Shown here: positions 16,489-26,319 of the stretch, one piece after another
Layout of the letters: the number at the start of each line of letters is the position of its first letter
Position numbering within the stretch: position 1 is the stretch's first letter
Assembly: GCA_044869275.1 (NCBI GenBank)
Contig: JBIOXB010000253.1
Location: 1 to 29,908 of the forward strand
From: a bacterium
GTDB lineage: Bacteria > Zhuqueibacterota > Zhuqueibacteria > Zhuqueibacterales > Zhuqueibacteraceae
Reading direction: 5' to 3'
Length of the DNA stretch: 29,908 nucleotides
The notes under the pieces: generated by a model
Databases searched by the model: none
Told to the model about the DNA's origin: nothing
What the model saw: the letters and a program-made list of their open reading frames with translations, nothing else
Translations under genes and position numbers: made by a program

Positions 16489-18035
16489 TGCAGTTTTTAG
16501 CGCCACTCGGTTTGCTGTCTTTGCTGGCCTTAGTCCTGCCTATTGTGATTCACTTATTGAGCCGGCACGCGGGCAAGATCGTCAAAGTCGGCAGTCTTCG
16601 CTTCTTGCTTTCCTCGACCAGTGTGCGTTTTAAAAGCCTCAAGCTCAGTGAATTGACCCTGCTTTTCTTGCGCCTCGTGCTGCTTGTCTTACTCGCCATG
16701 ATGCTGGCTCAACCTGTGTGGTTGAAGGAAACTGGCGACACCTCTGCTTCCGCAAGAGGGCCGGTATGGGTCGCACCTGAGCTGCTCGCTTCAGCTCATC
16801 GCCCTCGCGTCTGGCCTGTGCTCGACTCCCTCGTCGCGAACCGGCATGAGCTTCGCCTTTTTTCCACCGGCTTCCCGGCCTTGCATTCCGGTGACTCCAC
16901 TCTATCCGTCATGGATGAACGCAACAACTGGTCATTGTTGCGCGAACTTGACCAAACACTGCCCGCTTCGACACTCATACAAGTCTTGGCCGCCAATCGC
17001 CTGCAGTCCTACCGCGGTGAGCGCCCGAATTTGCAGCATGAGGTTGCTTGGAAAACCCTGTCGACTTCTTCACCGCGGCGCTGGCTGCAGGCGGCGCAGC
17101 GTTTTCAGCAGGATAGTTTGCGCGTCGTGATTGGTTTCAGCAAAAGCAATCAGACTCGATTCGCCTGGTATTTTTTCCGCATGCCAGCACAAAGATCCAT
17201 GCTTTCTGCCGAGGGCATGCCGCCGCTCGAATACATTCCACCGGCGAATGGCGCAGGCGCAGTGCTGCGCCTCGTGCAATCAGAGGGCCTGAACGAGGAA
17301 AAGGGCTTTCGCTTCCCCGTGGAAACGGATAGTATCCGCGTTGCCATCGTTCACACCATGCTGAGCAGCGAAGAAGCGCGCTACCTGGAAACCGCCCTGC
17401 ATGCCGTGCGGGAAGCAGCCTGCCCACAGCTTCGCATCAGGACAGCATTGCCGGGGGCCGGTAAGCTGCGATGGGAAGATTTTGATTTTATCTTTTGGCT
17501 GGCGGAGGAGGCGTTGCCGGCGGTGGCATGGCAGCGCATCGAACAAGGCCTAACGCTGGTCACGGTCGCCCCGGGACCGGAATACGAAACATGCGCAAGC
17601 TGGATGGTGATGCCGCGTGCCGGTGCGAGCTCATTCCCACGTTTGTGGCGCCGAAGCCCGGCCAGCGAGGTGGGTGTGCCGGTTTGGACAGACGGTTTTG
17701 GTGTGGCTTTGCTTGAGGCCGAGCGCCGCGGCGCAGGCTGGCATTATCGTTTCGCGAGCCGGTTCGATCCGGCATGGAATGAACTGGTGCTGCATGCGGC
17801 GTTTCCGGAATGGCTGCTGGCTCTACTGCGGCGTGAAGACATTTTTTCGCCCCGCGAGACCGGACAGCACGACCTGCGGCGCCTCAGCGCCGCGCAAAGC
17901 GCGCCGCAAAAAAATAAAGATAAAAACTTCCCCTCGCCACGCTTTGCGGCACACGCGCTTCATTTTCCGCTGTGGGTGCTGGCGATTGTCATCTTTGGCA
18001 TGGAAAGATGGATGTCCGACTGGAAAAGGAACTAG
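16485..18035 (+). CDS. BatA-domain (N-terminal double-TM) membrane protein
   Basis: N-terminus FLAPLGLLSLLALVLPIVIHLL...GSLRFL...LLFLRLVLLVLLAMMLAQP, and C-terminal TM ending ERW; GTGA overlap with the DUF58 stop. Confidence 0.85.
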   Translation: MMQFLAPLGLLSLLALVLPIVIHLLSRHAGKIVKVGSLRFLLSSTSVRFKSLKLSELTLLFLRLVLLVLLAMMLAQPVWLKETGDTSASARGPVWVAPELLASAHRPRVWPVLDSLVANRHELRLFSTGFPALHSGDSTLSVMDERNNWSLLRELDQTLPASTLIQVLAANRLQSYRGERPNLQHEVAWKTLSTSSPRRWLQAAQRFQQDSLRVVIGFSKSNQTRFAWYFFRMPAQRSMLSAEGMPPLEYIPPANGAGAVLRLVQSEGLNEEKGFRFPVETDSIRVAIVHTMLSSEEARYLETALHAVREAACPQLRIRTALPGAGKLRWEDFDFIFWLAEEALPAVAWQRIEQGLTLVTVAPGPEYETCASWMVMPRAGASSFPRLWRRSPASEVGVPVWTDGFGVALLEAERRGAGWHYRFASRFDPAWNELVLHAAFPEWLLALLRREDIFSPRETGQHDLRRLSAAQSAPQKNKDKNFPSPRFAAHALHFPLWVLAIVIFGMERWMSDWKRN

Positions 18036-20248
18036 CGGTTGCCCGCAAGCAGTTGCACCGTTTGGCGGGGCACTGGCGCTTACGCTTGCTGCGCAGTGCA
18101 GTTATTCGGTCTGCCGGTCTGGCTGGCGCATGTTTTGGGCTCACCGGCTTCATCTTAGAGCAACAAACTTTGTCGCGCATGGCGATTTCAGGGGCGACAT
18201 TCCTGCTAAGCTGCGCTGGTCAAATTTTGCTGCTCAGAAAGAAAAGCGGCGATGCTCACACCCTGGCGCGCCACTTGAATCGCGTCCGGCCGGCAATGGA
18301 GGAGAGTGGCGAATTGCTGCTCGCGGCGGAAGATACCCTGACCCCTCTGGCGCGCCTGCAACGCCGGCGTATTTTGCTGTCCTGGCCCGCTGACTTCGAC
18401 AACACCTTGCTCCCGCGCCAACCTGTGCTCGCCGCCTGGCGATTCTTCGCCGTCACCGTGTTTTTGGCTTTGCTCGCGATGGTTTTGCAGCTCCGCATAC
18501 CCAAGCAAAATCGCTTTCAAGCCTCTCCCACTTCTTTACCGCCGGTTCTTTCCTCCACTTCCCAAGCCTTGCCGGTGGAGATCAAACTGGCAACGATTGC
18601 CATCGCCCCGCCGCGTTATACCGGCAAGCCGGCGCGCCGGGTTTCGCAATTCGACTTGCATGTGGAAGAAGGCGCACAAATCACCTGGCAGATCGTTTTC
18701 AATCAACCGTTGCAGGCAGCCGGTTTGGTTTTGATGAACGGCGATACGCTGGCATTGCACCGCATATCAGCGCAAACCTTTACGGCTGCGGAGCGCGCCT
18801 CGGAAAGCACTCTGTATCATCTTTGGGCCGTGAATCCAGAGGGCAAAGCACAGCTCTTTGAATATCATCGCATCGAAGTCATCAAAGATCTGCCGCCGGC
18901 GATCGTGATGATTCATCCCGAGCCGCGCACCGAAATCGATGCGGATCAGCCCACGCCCGTGCGTTTGGAAGCCATTATCGACGATGACTACGGCGTGCAG
19001 CATGTCGAGCTGGTCGCCACGCTCGCGCGCGGCTCGGGTGAGGGCGTCAAGTTTCGCGAAAGCAACCTGGCCCTTGACCAAATTCAAAAGGACTCGCGGC
19101 GCCATTGGCGCGCCAACATGCGCTTGGATTTGCCCGCGCTGGGGATGAGGCCCGGCGACGAGCTATATTTTTATCTCTTCGCGCACGACAACCGCGAGCC
19201 GCAAAAGCAAAGCAGCCGCTCGGATACCTATTTTATTGTATGGCAGGACACTACCTCGGCGGAACTTCCGGAAAGCGCGAGCTTGTTGATCAATCCCATT
19301 CCGGAATATTTTCGCAGCCAGCGGCAAATCATCATCGATACTGAGAAGCTGCTGCAGGACCGTTCACAGCTTTCGGAAAAAGATTTCGAGCGGCGCTCGC
19401 AAAACCTGGGATTGGATCAACAGGCCTTGCGCTTGCGCTACGGCCAATTTTTGGGCGAAGAATCCGACAAGGAGGCGGATTTCAATGCCTCCGCCGGCAC
19501 CCTTGCAACAGCGCACAAAGATGGGGAAGAGCAAGAAAGCCCAGGCGCCGCCTCCCAGCTCTTCAAGGATAAAACCGGCGCTGACCAAATCATGAAAGAA
19601 TTTGCGCACTTGCATGACCTCGAAGAAAACGCGACGCTGTTCGCCCCTTCCCTCAAGGCACAACTGCAAGCTGCGCTGGCGGAAATGTGGGAAGCCGAGT
19701 TGCATCTGCGCACACACCGTCCGCAACAAGCCTTGCCGTTTGAGTATCGTGCCCTGGCGCTGTTGAAAGCCGTGCAGCAAAGCAGCCGCGCTTATGTCCA
19801 GCGCGTGGGCTTCGAGCCGCCACCGATCAAAATCGAAGAAAACCGGTTGAGTGGCGATTTGGCAAAAGTAGCGGGCGGCAGGTGGGAAAAGAAGACAGCC
19901 GGCAAACAGGTTTTGCCTGAAGTTCGAGAGGCTTTGGCAATTCTGGAAAATCTTCAATCTCAGCAAACGCACAGCACAGCGTGGCGAGTCGCAATTTTGG
20001 AGCGCGCGGGAATTGAGCTGGCGCGGCTGGCCCTGGCCCAACCCGGCCGCCACTTGCGGGCTTTGCAAGATTTGCGCACATTGATCAATGCCATCAAGAA
20101 TGACGGTGAGATATGCGCGAGCTGCGTATTGGCGGTGCAGAGTGCTTTGTGGCAAGCCCTGCCTCCGGTTGAGCCGCAGCCAACGCCACGGCCTGAAGCA
20201 AAGACCTCCCTCGCCCAAAAATATTTTATGCGGCTCGGTAACGAATGA
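18008..20248 (+). CDS. Large membrane-anchored protein with Ig-like domains and helical C-terminus (DUF4175-like)
   Basis: N-terminal TMs; motifs PPRYTG, DLPPAIVMIHP, DDDYGV, PGDELYFYLFAHDN, YFRSQRQIIIDTEKL, LRLRYGQFLGEE, HLHD and MWEAELHLR. Overlaps both neighbours. Confidence 0.75.
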   Translation: MDVRLEKELAVARKQLHRLAGHWRLRLLRSAVIRSAGLAGACFGLTGFILEQQTLSRMAISGATFLLSCAGQILLLRKKSGDAHTLARHLNRVRPAMEESGELLLAAEDTLTPLARLQRRRILLSWPADFDNTLLPRQPVLAAWRFFAVTVFLALLAMVLQLRIPKQNRFQASPTSLPPVLSSTSQALPVEIKLATIAIAPPRYTGKPARRVSQFDLHVEEGAQITWQIVFNQPLQAAGLVLMNGDTLALHRISAQTFTAAERASESTLYHLWAVNPEGKAQLFEYHRIEVIKDLPPAIVMIHPEPRTEIDADQPTPVRLEAIIDDDYGVQHVELVATLARGSGEGVKFRESNLALDQIQKDSRRHWRANMRLDLPALGMRPGDELYFYLFAHDNREPQKQSSRSDTYFIVWQDTTSAELPESASLLINPIPEYFRSQRQIIIDTEKLLQDRSQLSEKDFERRSQNLGLDQQALRLRYGQFLGEESDKEADFNASAGTLATAHKDGEEQESPGAASQLFKDKTGADQIMKEFAHLHDLEENATLFAPSLKAQLQAALAEMWEAELHLRTHRPQQALPFEYRALALLKAVQQSSRAYVQRVGFEPPPIKIEENRLSGDLAKVAGGRWEKKTAGKQVLPEVREALAILENLQSQQTHSTAWRVAILERAGIELARLALAQPGRHLRALQDLRTLINAIKNDGEICASCVLAVQSALWQALPPVEPQPTPRPEAKTSLAQKYFMRLGNE

Positions 20249-22107
20249 TCAATCTCGGCCCAATTTTCCTTTCTACGCCAACGCCCGCCATCTGGCCAAT
20301 TTCACTGGTGCTTCTTGCTTTCGTGGTATTTTTGATTGCGCGACGCCACAATCACAAACGCTTGGCAATACGTCTGGCCGCAGGCATTCTTGCCGTTCTT
20401 TCACTGGGAGCACTGGCCGTTCAACCGCTCTGGCTGGTTTCGCATAACCCCTCGGACACGGTTTTGCTTACCCCCGGCGCGGAGGTACAGCAACCGCACG
20501 CTGTGCTCGATTCGCTTTTGCAAACCACCCGAAGCTTCTCTTTGCCGGGGCTCGATACTGCTTTTTTCCGTGGGCAGAAGAGCAAAACAATTCCCGATCT
20601 GGGTTACCTCCAGCGGCATGATGCGGTGATGGGCAAGCTGCATGTGTTCGGCCATGGTTTGCGAGAGTACGATTGGGCAGAAATGGACTCCTTCGAAATC
20701 AGCACGCATCTGGCGCCGGCTGACCTGGGAATAGCATCCATTTCCTGGCCAAGGGAATCATATCTCGGAGAAAAACTGCGGGTACAGGGCAGCCTGGCAG
20801 GATTGCTGAACAAAAAATACATTTTACAGCTCGTCGACCCCGGTGGTGACGCGGCTTCTTTCGAGATTTCTCCCCCACCTGGCGGCGCTTTCGCCTTTCA
20901 ACTCTTGCCGCGCGCCGCCGGAAAATTTCTTTACCAATTGCTGCTCAAATCAGAACGAGGCGATACGCTCACTCGCGAAACTTTGGATATCGTCGTGCGC
21001 GAACCGCAACCTCTCAAGATTCTGATTCTCGAAGCTACAATTCGTTTTGATACGAAATATCTCAAAATTTGGGCGAGTCGTCATCACTATGGTCTGGCGA
21101 GGCGTGCACTCCTCAGCCGCGACCGCTATCGCGAGGAGTTCATCAATCTTTCGCCCACTCCGCTCCGGCAAATCACTCCAAATTTGCTGCGTGATTTTGA
21201 TTTGATCATCGTAGACGGAAATACACTGGCGGTATTGCCCCCCACTGCACGCCGGTCTTTGCGGTCAGCCATAGAAAGCGAGGGCTTGGGCATGTTGATT
21301 ATCCCGGATGAAACCATTTTCGGCAAACAAATTTTTCCGGAAAGAGATTTTTTCGCTGCTTTTGATTTCGAAAAATTCGCCGGCATGGATCAGCGCTTGC
21401 TCAAGCCGATTTGGCCGGATCTCGATACTTTGAGAGTTCATGCTGTTCCCGCCGAGCCTTTTGCGCTCAAAAATCTTTGGGGCATGAAACCGCTGATCCT
21501 GGATGAAATGACGCGCCCGCTTGCTGCCGCCGTGGTTCGTGGAAACGGGAAAATTGGATTGAGCTTGATTCGCGATTCTTACCGTTGGGTTTTGGCAGGC
21601 AAGTCCGATTTGCATGCCTCCTATTGGTCGTATTTGCTATCCGAATTGTCGCGGCCACACGACCGGCAGGATCAATGGAATGTCCGCCACGCCGGACCGA
21701 TATTTATCGATCAACCTTTGGCCCTCTTTGTGAATACGCAACAGAGCGACCCCGTCGGCCTCATGGAAACGAATGCTGGCCAAGCCGATTCTGTTTTTCT
21801 GGCGCAGGATTTTACTGCGCCCAGTCGCTGGCATGGCACATACTGGCCGAGAGTGACGGGCTGGCATGCGATTGCCACGCCCACCGGCGCGGCCTCGTGG
21901 TTTTACGTCCATGATCGCGGGCAATGGCTGAGCTGGCAGCAAGCGCAAAAAACCACGGCGACTCTGCAACAAGCCGCACGTAATGGGTCCCTCTCGAGAC
22001 AAAACTTAACGTCTACATTCCTGCAGGTGGAAACGATTTCGCCGATTTGGTTCTTCTTGGCCTTCTTGCTGGGCGCGGGCTATCTCTGGTTGGAAAGGAA
22101 GCTTTGA
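20245..22107 (+). CDS. Membrane protein of the MoxR/BatA cluster (N-terminal TMs, Ig-like domain, possible GATase-like alpha/beta domain, C-terminal TM)
   Basis: ATGA overlap with the preceding gene; motifs LHVFGHGL, KILILE...FDTKYLKIW, FDLIIVD, GLGMLI, SYWSYLL and C-terminal GYLWLERKL. Confidence 0.75.
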   Translation: MINLGPIFLSTPTPAIWPISLVLLAFVVFLIARRHNHKRLAIRLAAGILAVLSLGALAVQPLWLVSHNPSDTVLLTPGAEVQQPHAVLDSLLQTTRSFSLPGLDTAFFRGQKSKTIPDLGYLQRHDAVMGKLHVFGHGLREYDWAEMDSFEISTHLAPADLGIASISWPRESYLGEKLRVQGSLAGLLNKKYILQLVDPGGDAASFEISPPPGGAFAFQLLPRAAGKFLYQLLLKSERGDTLTRETLDIVVREPQPLKILILEATIRFDTKYLKIWASRHHYGLARRALLSRDRYREEFINLSPTPLRQITPNLLRDFDLIIVDGNTLAVLPPTARRSLRSAIESEGLGMLIIPDETIFGKQIFPERDFFAAFDFEKFAGMDQRLLKPIWPDLDTLRVHAVPAEPFALKNLWGMKPLILDEMTRPLAAAVVRGNGKIGLSLIRDSYRWVLAGKSDLHASYWSYLLSELSRPHDRQDQWNVRHAGPIFIDQPLALFVNTQQSDPVGLMETNAGQADSVFLAQDFTAPSRWHGTYWPRVTGWHAIATPTGAASWFYVHDRGQWLSWQQAQKTTATLQQAARNGSLSRQNLTSTFLQVETISPIWFFLAFLLGAGYLWLERKL

Positions 22108-22152
22108 AATTCTGGCGAGCCTGTCGCACGGCCATAGCTGTTTCATCACGGG

Positions 22153-24582
22153 CTAGAGCACGAGGAATCTCCTGGGGGCGCTTGTCGATTCCCCGGCTGC
22201 GCCCTTGGCCTTGATTTGCACAAAATGCTCGCCTTTGCGCAATTGCCAGCGCGCGCGAAACGGCGCCGGCACCATCGCGAGCGGAGAGCCATCCACCAGC
22301 CAGATCACCTGCTCAGTGCCCTCCGTCACGACGCATTCCAACAAGAGAGTTTGAAACTCAACACGCAACACCGGGTCGATTTTGAAAATATCACCGTCGT
22401 CAGGAAAAGTAATGCGCAAAGAATCGCGTGGCGATTCGAGGTGTGTGTTGCGAGCTGCGGCATGCTTTTGAGCTGGCAAGAACTCCACCGCAGATAAGAG
22501 TAAAGGCTGGCGAATGCCTTCAGAAGCCGCCCAGGGCTGGTAGAGCGCGGGATAAAACAATGCCAAACGCGGCTGTGGTTTCAATGCGCGTGCGTCGATC
22601 CATGGGTCGGCGCTCTCGGCATGCCCCAGCAAAATGCGATGCCAATCGCAACGCTCGCGGGGCGGCGCCTCGGGCAGAAACAATTCGGTCATTTGATTCG
22701 GACAATACTCATTTGGCAGCATGCCGGAAGAAGTGCAAATTGAAATAGCTTGCAAAGCCTGCGGCCGGCTGGCGCGCGCAGGCGGAAAGTCGCGATGCAA
22801 CGCCAGCATGATTTCACGGAAAATGGGACCGGCGCCGCTCACGCCGGAGATTTTGTTCATGGCCGTTGCGTCGAAATTTCCGACCCACACACCTACGGTA
22901 TATTCACTCGTGAAACCCACGGTCCAATTGTCGCGAAAGTCCTTCGTGGTGCCGGTTTTGACGGCGCAGGGAAAAGGCAAATCCAGCACACTGCCTTCGC
23001 CGAAGGCCGGCTTGCGCGCGGCATGGTCGCGCAATATATCGCCCAGCAGAAAGGCAATTTCCTCGGAGAAAATCCTTTCCTCGGAAATCGGGGAGAGGGC
23101 AGGGAAGTTGGCCCCAACAAGCAAACGCAGGTTTTTGCTCACACCGCCGTTTTGCAGAGCAACATAACCCCGTGTCAATTCCAGCAAAGTAACTTCGCCG
23201 TTGCCCAGCGTCAATCCCAAGCCATAATGGTGGGCATTTTTCTGCAAGGAAGAAAAGCCGGCGCGGCGCAGCCTCTGCCAAAGCAATTCCGAGCCAAAAT
23301 TTTCCAGCACGCGCACGACGGGAACATTGTAAGAACAGGCCAGGGCCGTGCGCAAGCGCACCGGGCCGTGAAACCGGCCGTCATAATTCGTGGGAGTGAA
23401 ATCGCCGCCGGCCGCGAAAACGGGCGCATGGGTTTGAATATCCGGCAAAATGCTGGCTGCCGTATAGCCGCGTTCGAGGGCGAGGCCGTAGGTGAACGGT
23501 TTGAGCGCCGAGCCGGGCTGGCGCAACGCGAGCACGCCGTTGACCTGGCCTTGATGGGCCTCATCAAAATAATCCGCAGAGCCCGCCCATGCGAGAATCT
23601 CGCCACTGCGGTTGTCAATCGCTAATACCGCGCCGTTGGTGACATGGGCGGCTGCGAGCAACTGCAAATTACCGCCGAGGATCTTCTCGGCTTCATGTTG
23701 CCAATGCGCATCGAGGGTAAGCCTGACCACTTTGGCAGCCGGTGGCAGGGAATCTTTCATCAATTCCAGGGCCAAATCACAAGCATGCGGCGCGAGAAAG
23801 TTTTTGGACCGCGCGGCGACCAGCAAGGACTCGCCGCATGCTGCCAGGAATTGCAGAGAATCAATCACGCCGTTTTGCCACAGCCCGTGCAGCACGCGTT
23901 TTTGCCGCGCGCGGGCGCGCTGAAAATGTCGAAACGGATCATACGCCGAAGGCGCCTGGGGCAAACCCACGAGAAAAGCAGCCTCGGCCAGGGTGAGATG
24001 CGCCGCCGGCTTGCCGAAGTAGATTGAGCTCGCCGCTGCAATGCCAAAAATCTGATTGCCAAAGGGCACACGATTCAAATATTGCTCGAGTATTTCATTT
24101 TTGCTGCGGCTGCGGTCCAAACGCAGCGCGAGCCACACTTCCACCAGCTTGCCCAAAGGCTGGGCTGGCAGATCATAAATCTGCCGTATGAGCTGTTGCG
24201 GCAAGGTCGATCCGCCGCTGACGATGCGTTTGCTTGAAATGTTTTGCTGAGCCGCACGCAACATCGCCCGTGGATCGATGCCGTGATGCCGGTAAAAGCG
24301 CCGATCTTCCGTGTTGATCAGGCATTGGGCCACCCATGGCGACATCTGCTCCAGGCGCACCCAGCGGCTGCGGCCTTCTTTGGTAGAAAGTACTTCGCGC
24401 AAAACGACGCCGTGACGATCGACGAGACGCAGAGATTCGACTTCGGCGGATGCAAGCCGGGAGGCAGGGATGGGCAGATAAAGGCTCGCTGCAATAACGA
24501 TAAAGCAAAGTGGCGGCAGGGCAAGTAAGAATTTCGGCGAGCAGAGTCGAAGAGGCATCATCGATCTGAACACATCATGCAA
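22153..24582 (-). CDS. pbpC: Penicillin-binding protein 1C (class A, transglycosylase/transpeptidase)
   Basis: TG motifs EDRRFYRHHGID, GGSTLPQQL, SKNEILEQYLN and GLPQAP; TP motifs SALK, SYN and KTGT; PBP1C-type C-terminal LRITFPDDG...WLVDG...GEH. Confidence 0.9.
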   Translation of the reverse strand: MHDVFRSMMPLRLCSPKFLLALPPLCFIVIAASLYLPIPASRLASAEVESLRLVDRHGVVLREVLSTKEGRSRWVRLEQMSPWVAQCLINTEDRRFYRHHGIDPRAMLRAAQQNISSKRIVSGGSTLPQQLIRQIYDLPAQPLGKLVEVWLALRLDRSRSKNEILEQYLNRVPFGNQIFGIAAASSIYFGKPAAHLTLAEAAFLVGLPQAPSAYDPFRHFQRARARQKRVLHGLWQNGVIDSLQFLAACGESLLVAARSKNFLAPHACDLALELMKDSLPPAAKVVRLTLDAHWQHEAEKILGGNLQLLAAAHVTNGAVLAIDNRSGEILAWAGSADYFDEAHQGQVNGVLALRQPGSALKPFTYGLALERGYTAASILPDIQTHAPVFAAGGDFTPTNYDGRFHGPVRLRTALACSYNVPVVRVLENFGSELLWQRLRRAGFSSLQKNAHHYGLGLTLGNGEVTLLELTRGYVALQNGGVSKNLRLLVGANFPALSPISEERIFSEEIAFLLGDILRDHAARKPAFGEGSVLDLPFPCAVKTGTTKDFRDNWTVGFTSEYTVGVWVGNFDATAMNKISGVSGAGPIFREIMLALHRDFPPARASRPQALQAISICTSSGMLPNEYCPNQMTELFLPEAPPRERCDWHRILLGHAESADPWIDARALKPQPRLALFYPALYQPWAASEGIRQPLLLSAVEFLPAQKHAAARNTHLESPRDSLRITFPDDGDIFKIDPVLRVEFQTLLLECVVTEGTEQVIWLVDGSPLAMVPAPFRARWQLRKGEHFVQIKAKGAAGESTSAPRRFLVL

Positions 24583-24599
24583 TAAATATCAATTCTCAA

Positions 24600-24980
24600 C
24601 TAAACTTGCGTGCACGAATTCAACTCGTGAGCGAGTAACAATTTTTGCTCCGCCGCGCCGGTTTCATCGCCGCGCGAACCCCAGCCGTCGCGAATTTCAT
24701 GATCGTCCCAGGTCATGAACATCGGGCAATGCGAAGTGACGCGCTGCACTTGAGGAATGTGCAGATATTTGTAATAAGCTTGCTTGTACTCGTACAGCAG
24801 CGCGGCGGCGGACAAATTGTAATAGTATTCTCCGCCCGTGCTCTTTTTGCTTTCCCACAATTCATCGGTATACACCTGATCGCCCAATCCCAGCAGAAAA
24901 CGAATCTCCGGCACGGCCTCAAACAAAATGCGAGCTTCATTCGAGCTGACGCCCACGAACGGCCCGACTTCGAGCGGCAT
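24600..24980 (-). pseudogene. PhoD-like metallophosphatase fragment (126 aa)
   Basis: Contains LGDQVYTD and TWDDHEIRDGWGS but lacks the signal peptide, N-terminal domain and later motifs (DxR, GDxH); in-frame TGA 9 codons upstream. Confidence 0.65.
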
Positions 24981-25185
24981 GTAACTTCCTTCCTGGGCTG
25001 AATCTCATGAAGAACCAGCAGCGCACAGCCTGTGTCGGATGGGATAAATGCTCAATGCGTGAAAAGTATTGCAGGAATCAAGCTATAGAATGGGGAAGGA
25101 AAGCGCAAGGAGAAATTTCGCGGATCGGATGCTGAATAAAATCAAAGCTGCAGAAACTCGTCATTTCAGCAGCTTGCTCGAAAAC

Positions 25186-26058
25186 TCATCGCCCGCCCAC
25201 CACATAAAACGTATCTTGCACGGCGGCAACTTCCAGAGGATTGCGATAGGCGTCGAGTATCAGCGCATTGGAGATCACCAAGGGCGAACGCGCCCCCGCG
25301 GCCGCAGCGCTGTTGACGTGGATTTCAACATTTGCCAATGCCGCCGGGTCATAAAAAACCGGCAAACGCCGGCCATTGCCATCGAACATCAAAATCCGCA
25401 ATGACTGGCCGTTGCTCACCACATTGCTTTCGGCATGGTTCCAGGGCAATGCCGCCAAGGGCACGAGGCGTTGCGGCGAGATGACAGCGGGATCGAAATT
25501 CAAGTCGAACTGCATGCCACTCAAAGAATCGGCGCTGATCAGCGTGAGCGGCATGAGGTTGCTGCTGGAGCCGGGCACGCCAGAAGCCGAACCGAGAGCA
25601 AGCACAACGCGGCGGCCGCTGAGAGGAACGGGATAAAGGGTGAGCGGAACGACTTGCACCGCTTCCGGCACCACATCGATTTGCGTCTGAATCCCGCGCA
25701 AAATCAAGCCGGCGGTGCTTTCGACGCCGGCATCATCCCACGCTTCGACGATGACGCGGCGATCTTCGCCCGCCGGAACTTCCAGGCTTGCCGAGAATTG
25801 TTGCGCGCCGGCGGCAATGGGCTCCGTCGCACGCGCCAGCGTATCATTTTCGGATATGACGTAAATCTCCACACGTGTAACTTGCGCCGCAGCGCTCGCC
25901 CGCGCCAGGGCATTTTCCTGCTCGGGTTCCAGCAACGTCCACTTGGCCACGCGCAGCTGCAAGGCGAGCGCGGCAGGCTGATGCGCGCCGGTTGGCTGCT
26001 TAAAGCATCCCATCAGATTGAGGCCAAAGAATACAACGGCTGGCAGGATTTTTTTCAT
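25186..26058 (-). CDS. Lipoprotein with N-terminal beta-sandwich and C-terminal cohesin-like domain
   Basis: Lipobox MKKILPAVVFFGLNLMG-C; C-terminal ~140 aa VVLALGSASGVPGSS..MPLTL..LSGMQFDLNFDPAVI..LRILMF..LANVEIHV..SPLVISNALILD follows the cohesin strand pattern. Confidence 0.7.
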   Translation of the reverse strand: MKKILPAVVFFGLNLMGCFKQPTGAHQPAALALQLRVAKWTLLEPEQENALARASAAAQVTRVEIYVISENDTLARATEPIAAGAQQFSASLEVPAGEDRRVIVEAWDDAGVESTAGLILRGIQTQIDVVPEAVQVVPLTLYPVPLSGRRVVLALGSASGVPGSSSNLMPLTLISADSLSGMQFDLNFDPAVISPQRLVPLAALPWNHAESNVVSNGQSLRILMFDGNGRRLPVFYDPAALANVEIHVNSAAAAGARSPLVISNALILDAYRNPLEVAAVQDTFYVVGGR

Positions 26059-26150
26059 TTCAGTTTGAGTTAATGACGTTGACTGTGATTGGCATTCGAG
26101 ATGAACCTTGGTAAAATCGAGCGCCGTGCCGGTGCGTCACCATATCGACG

Positions 26151-26285
26151 CTTCGGGGGTTTTTCAAAAGTAGTTTTTTATACCTTTTGACCACGGATGC
26201 CACGGATTAGGCTGATTTTCGCGGATTTAGTTCTGATGAATATCCTGTAAAAAATCGCTGAGGCTTCGGGATTTCGCAATGACAT
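26151..26285 (-). repeat. Dispersed composite repeat, copy 2
   Basis: Minus strand tgtcattgcga...cagcgattttttacaggatattcatcagaact-aaatccgcgaaaatcagcctaatccgtggcatccgtggtcaaaaggtataaaaaactacttttgaaaaacccc; lacks the left palindrome arm present in copy 1. Confidence 0.8.
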
Positions 26286-26319
26286 AAACGGGATATTCCA
26301 TAAAACGAAAGTGACATAC

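Noticed and set aside
2381..26285. Repeats interpreted as CRISPR arrays or an IS element
   Set aside because: No constant repeat with unique spacers, no cas genes, no transposase or terminal inverted repeats around an ORF.
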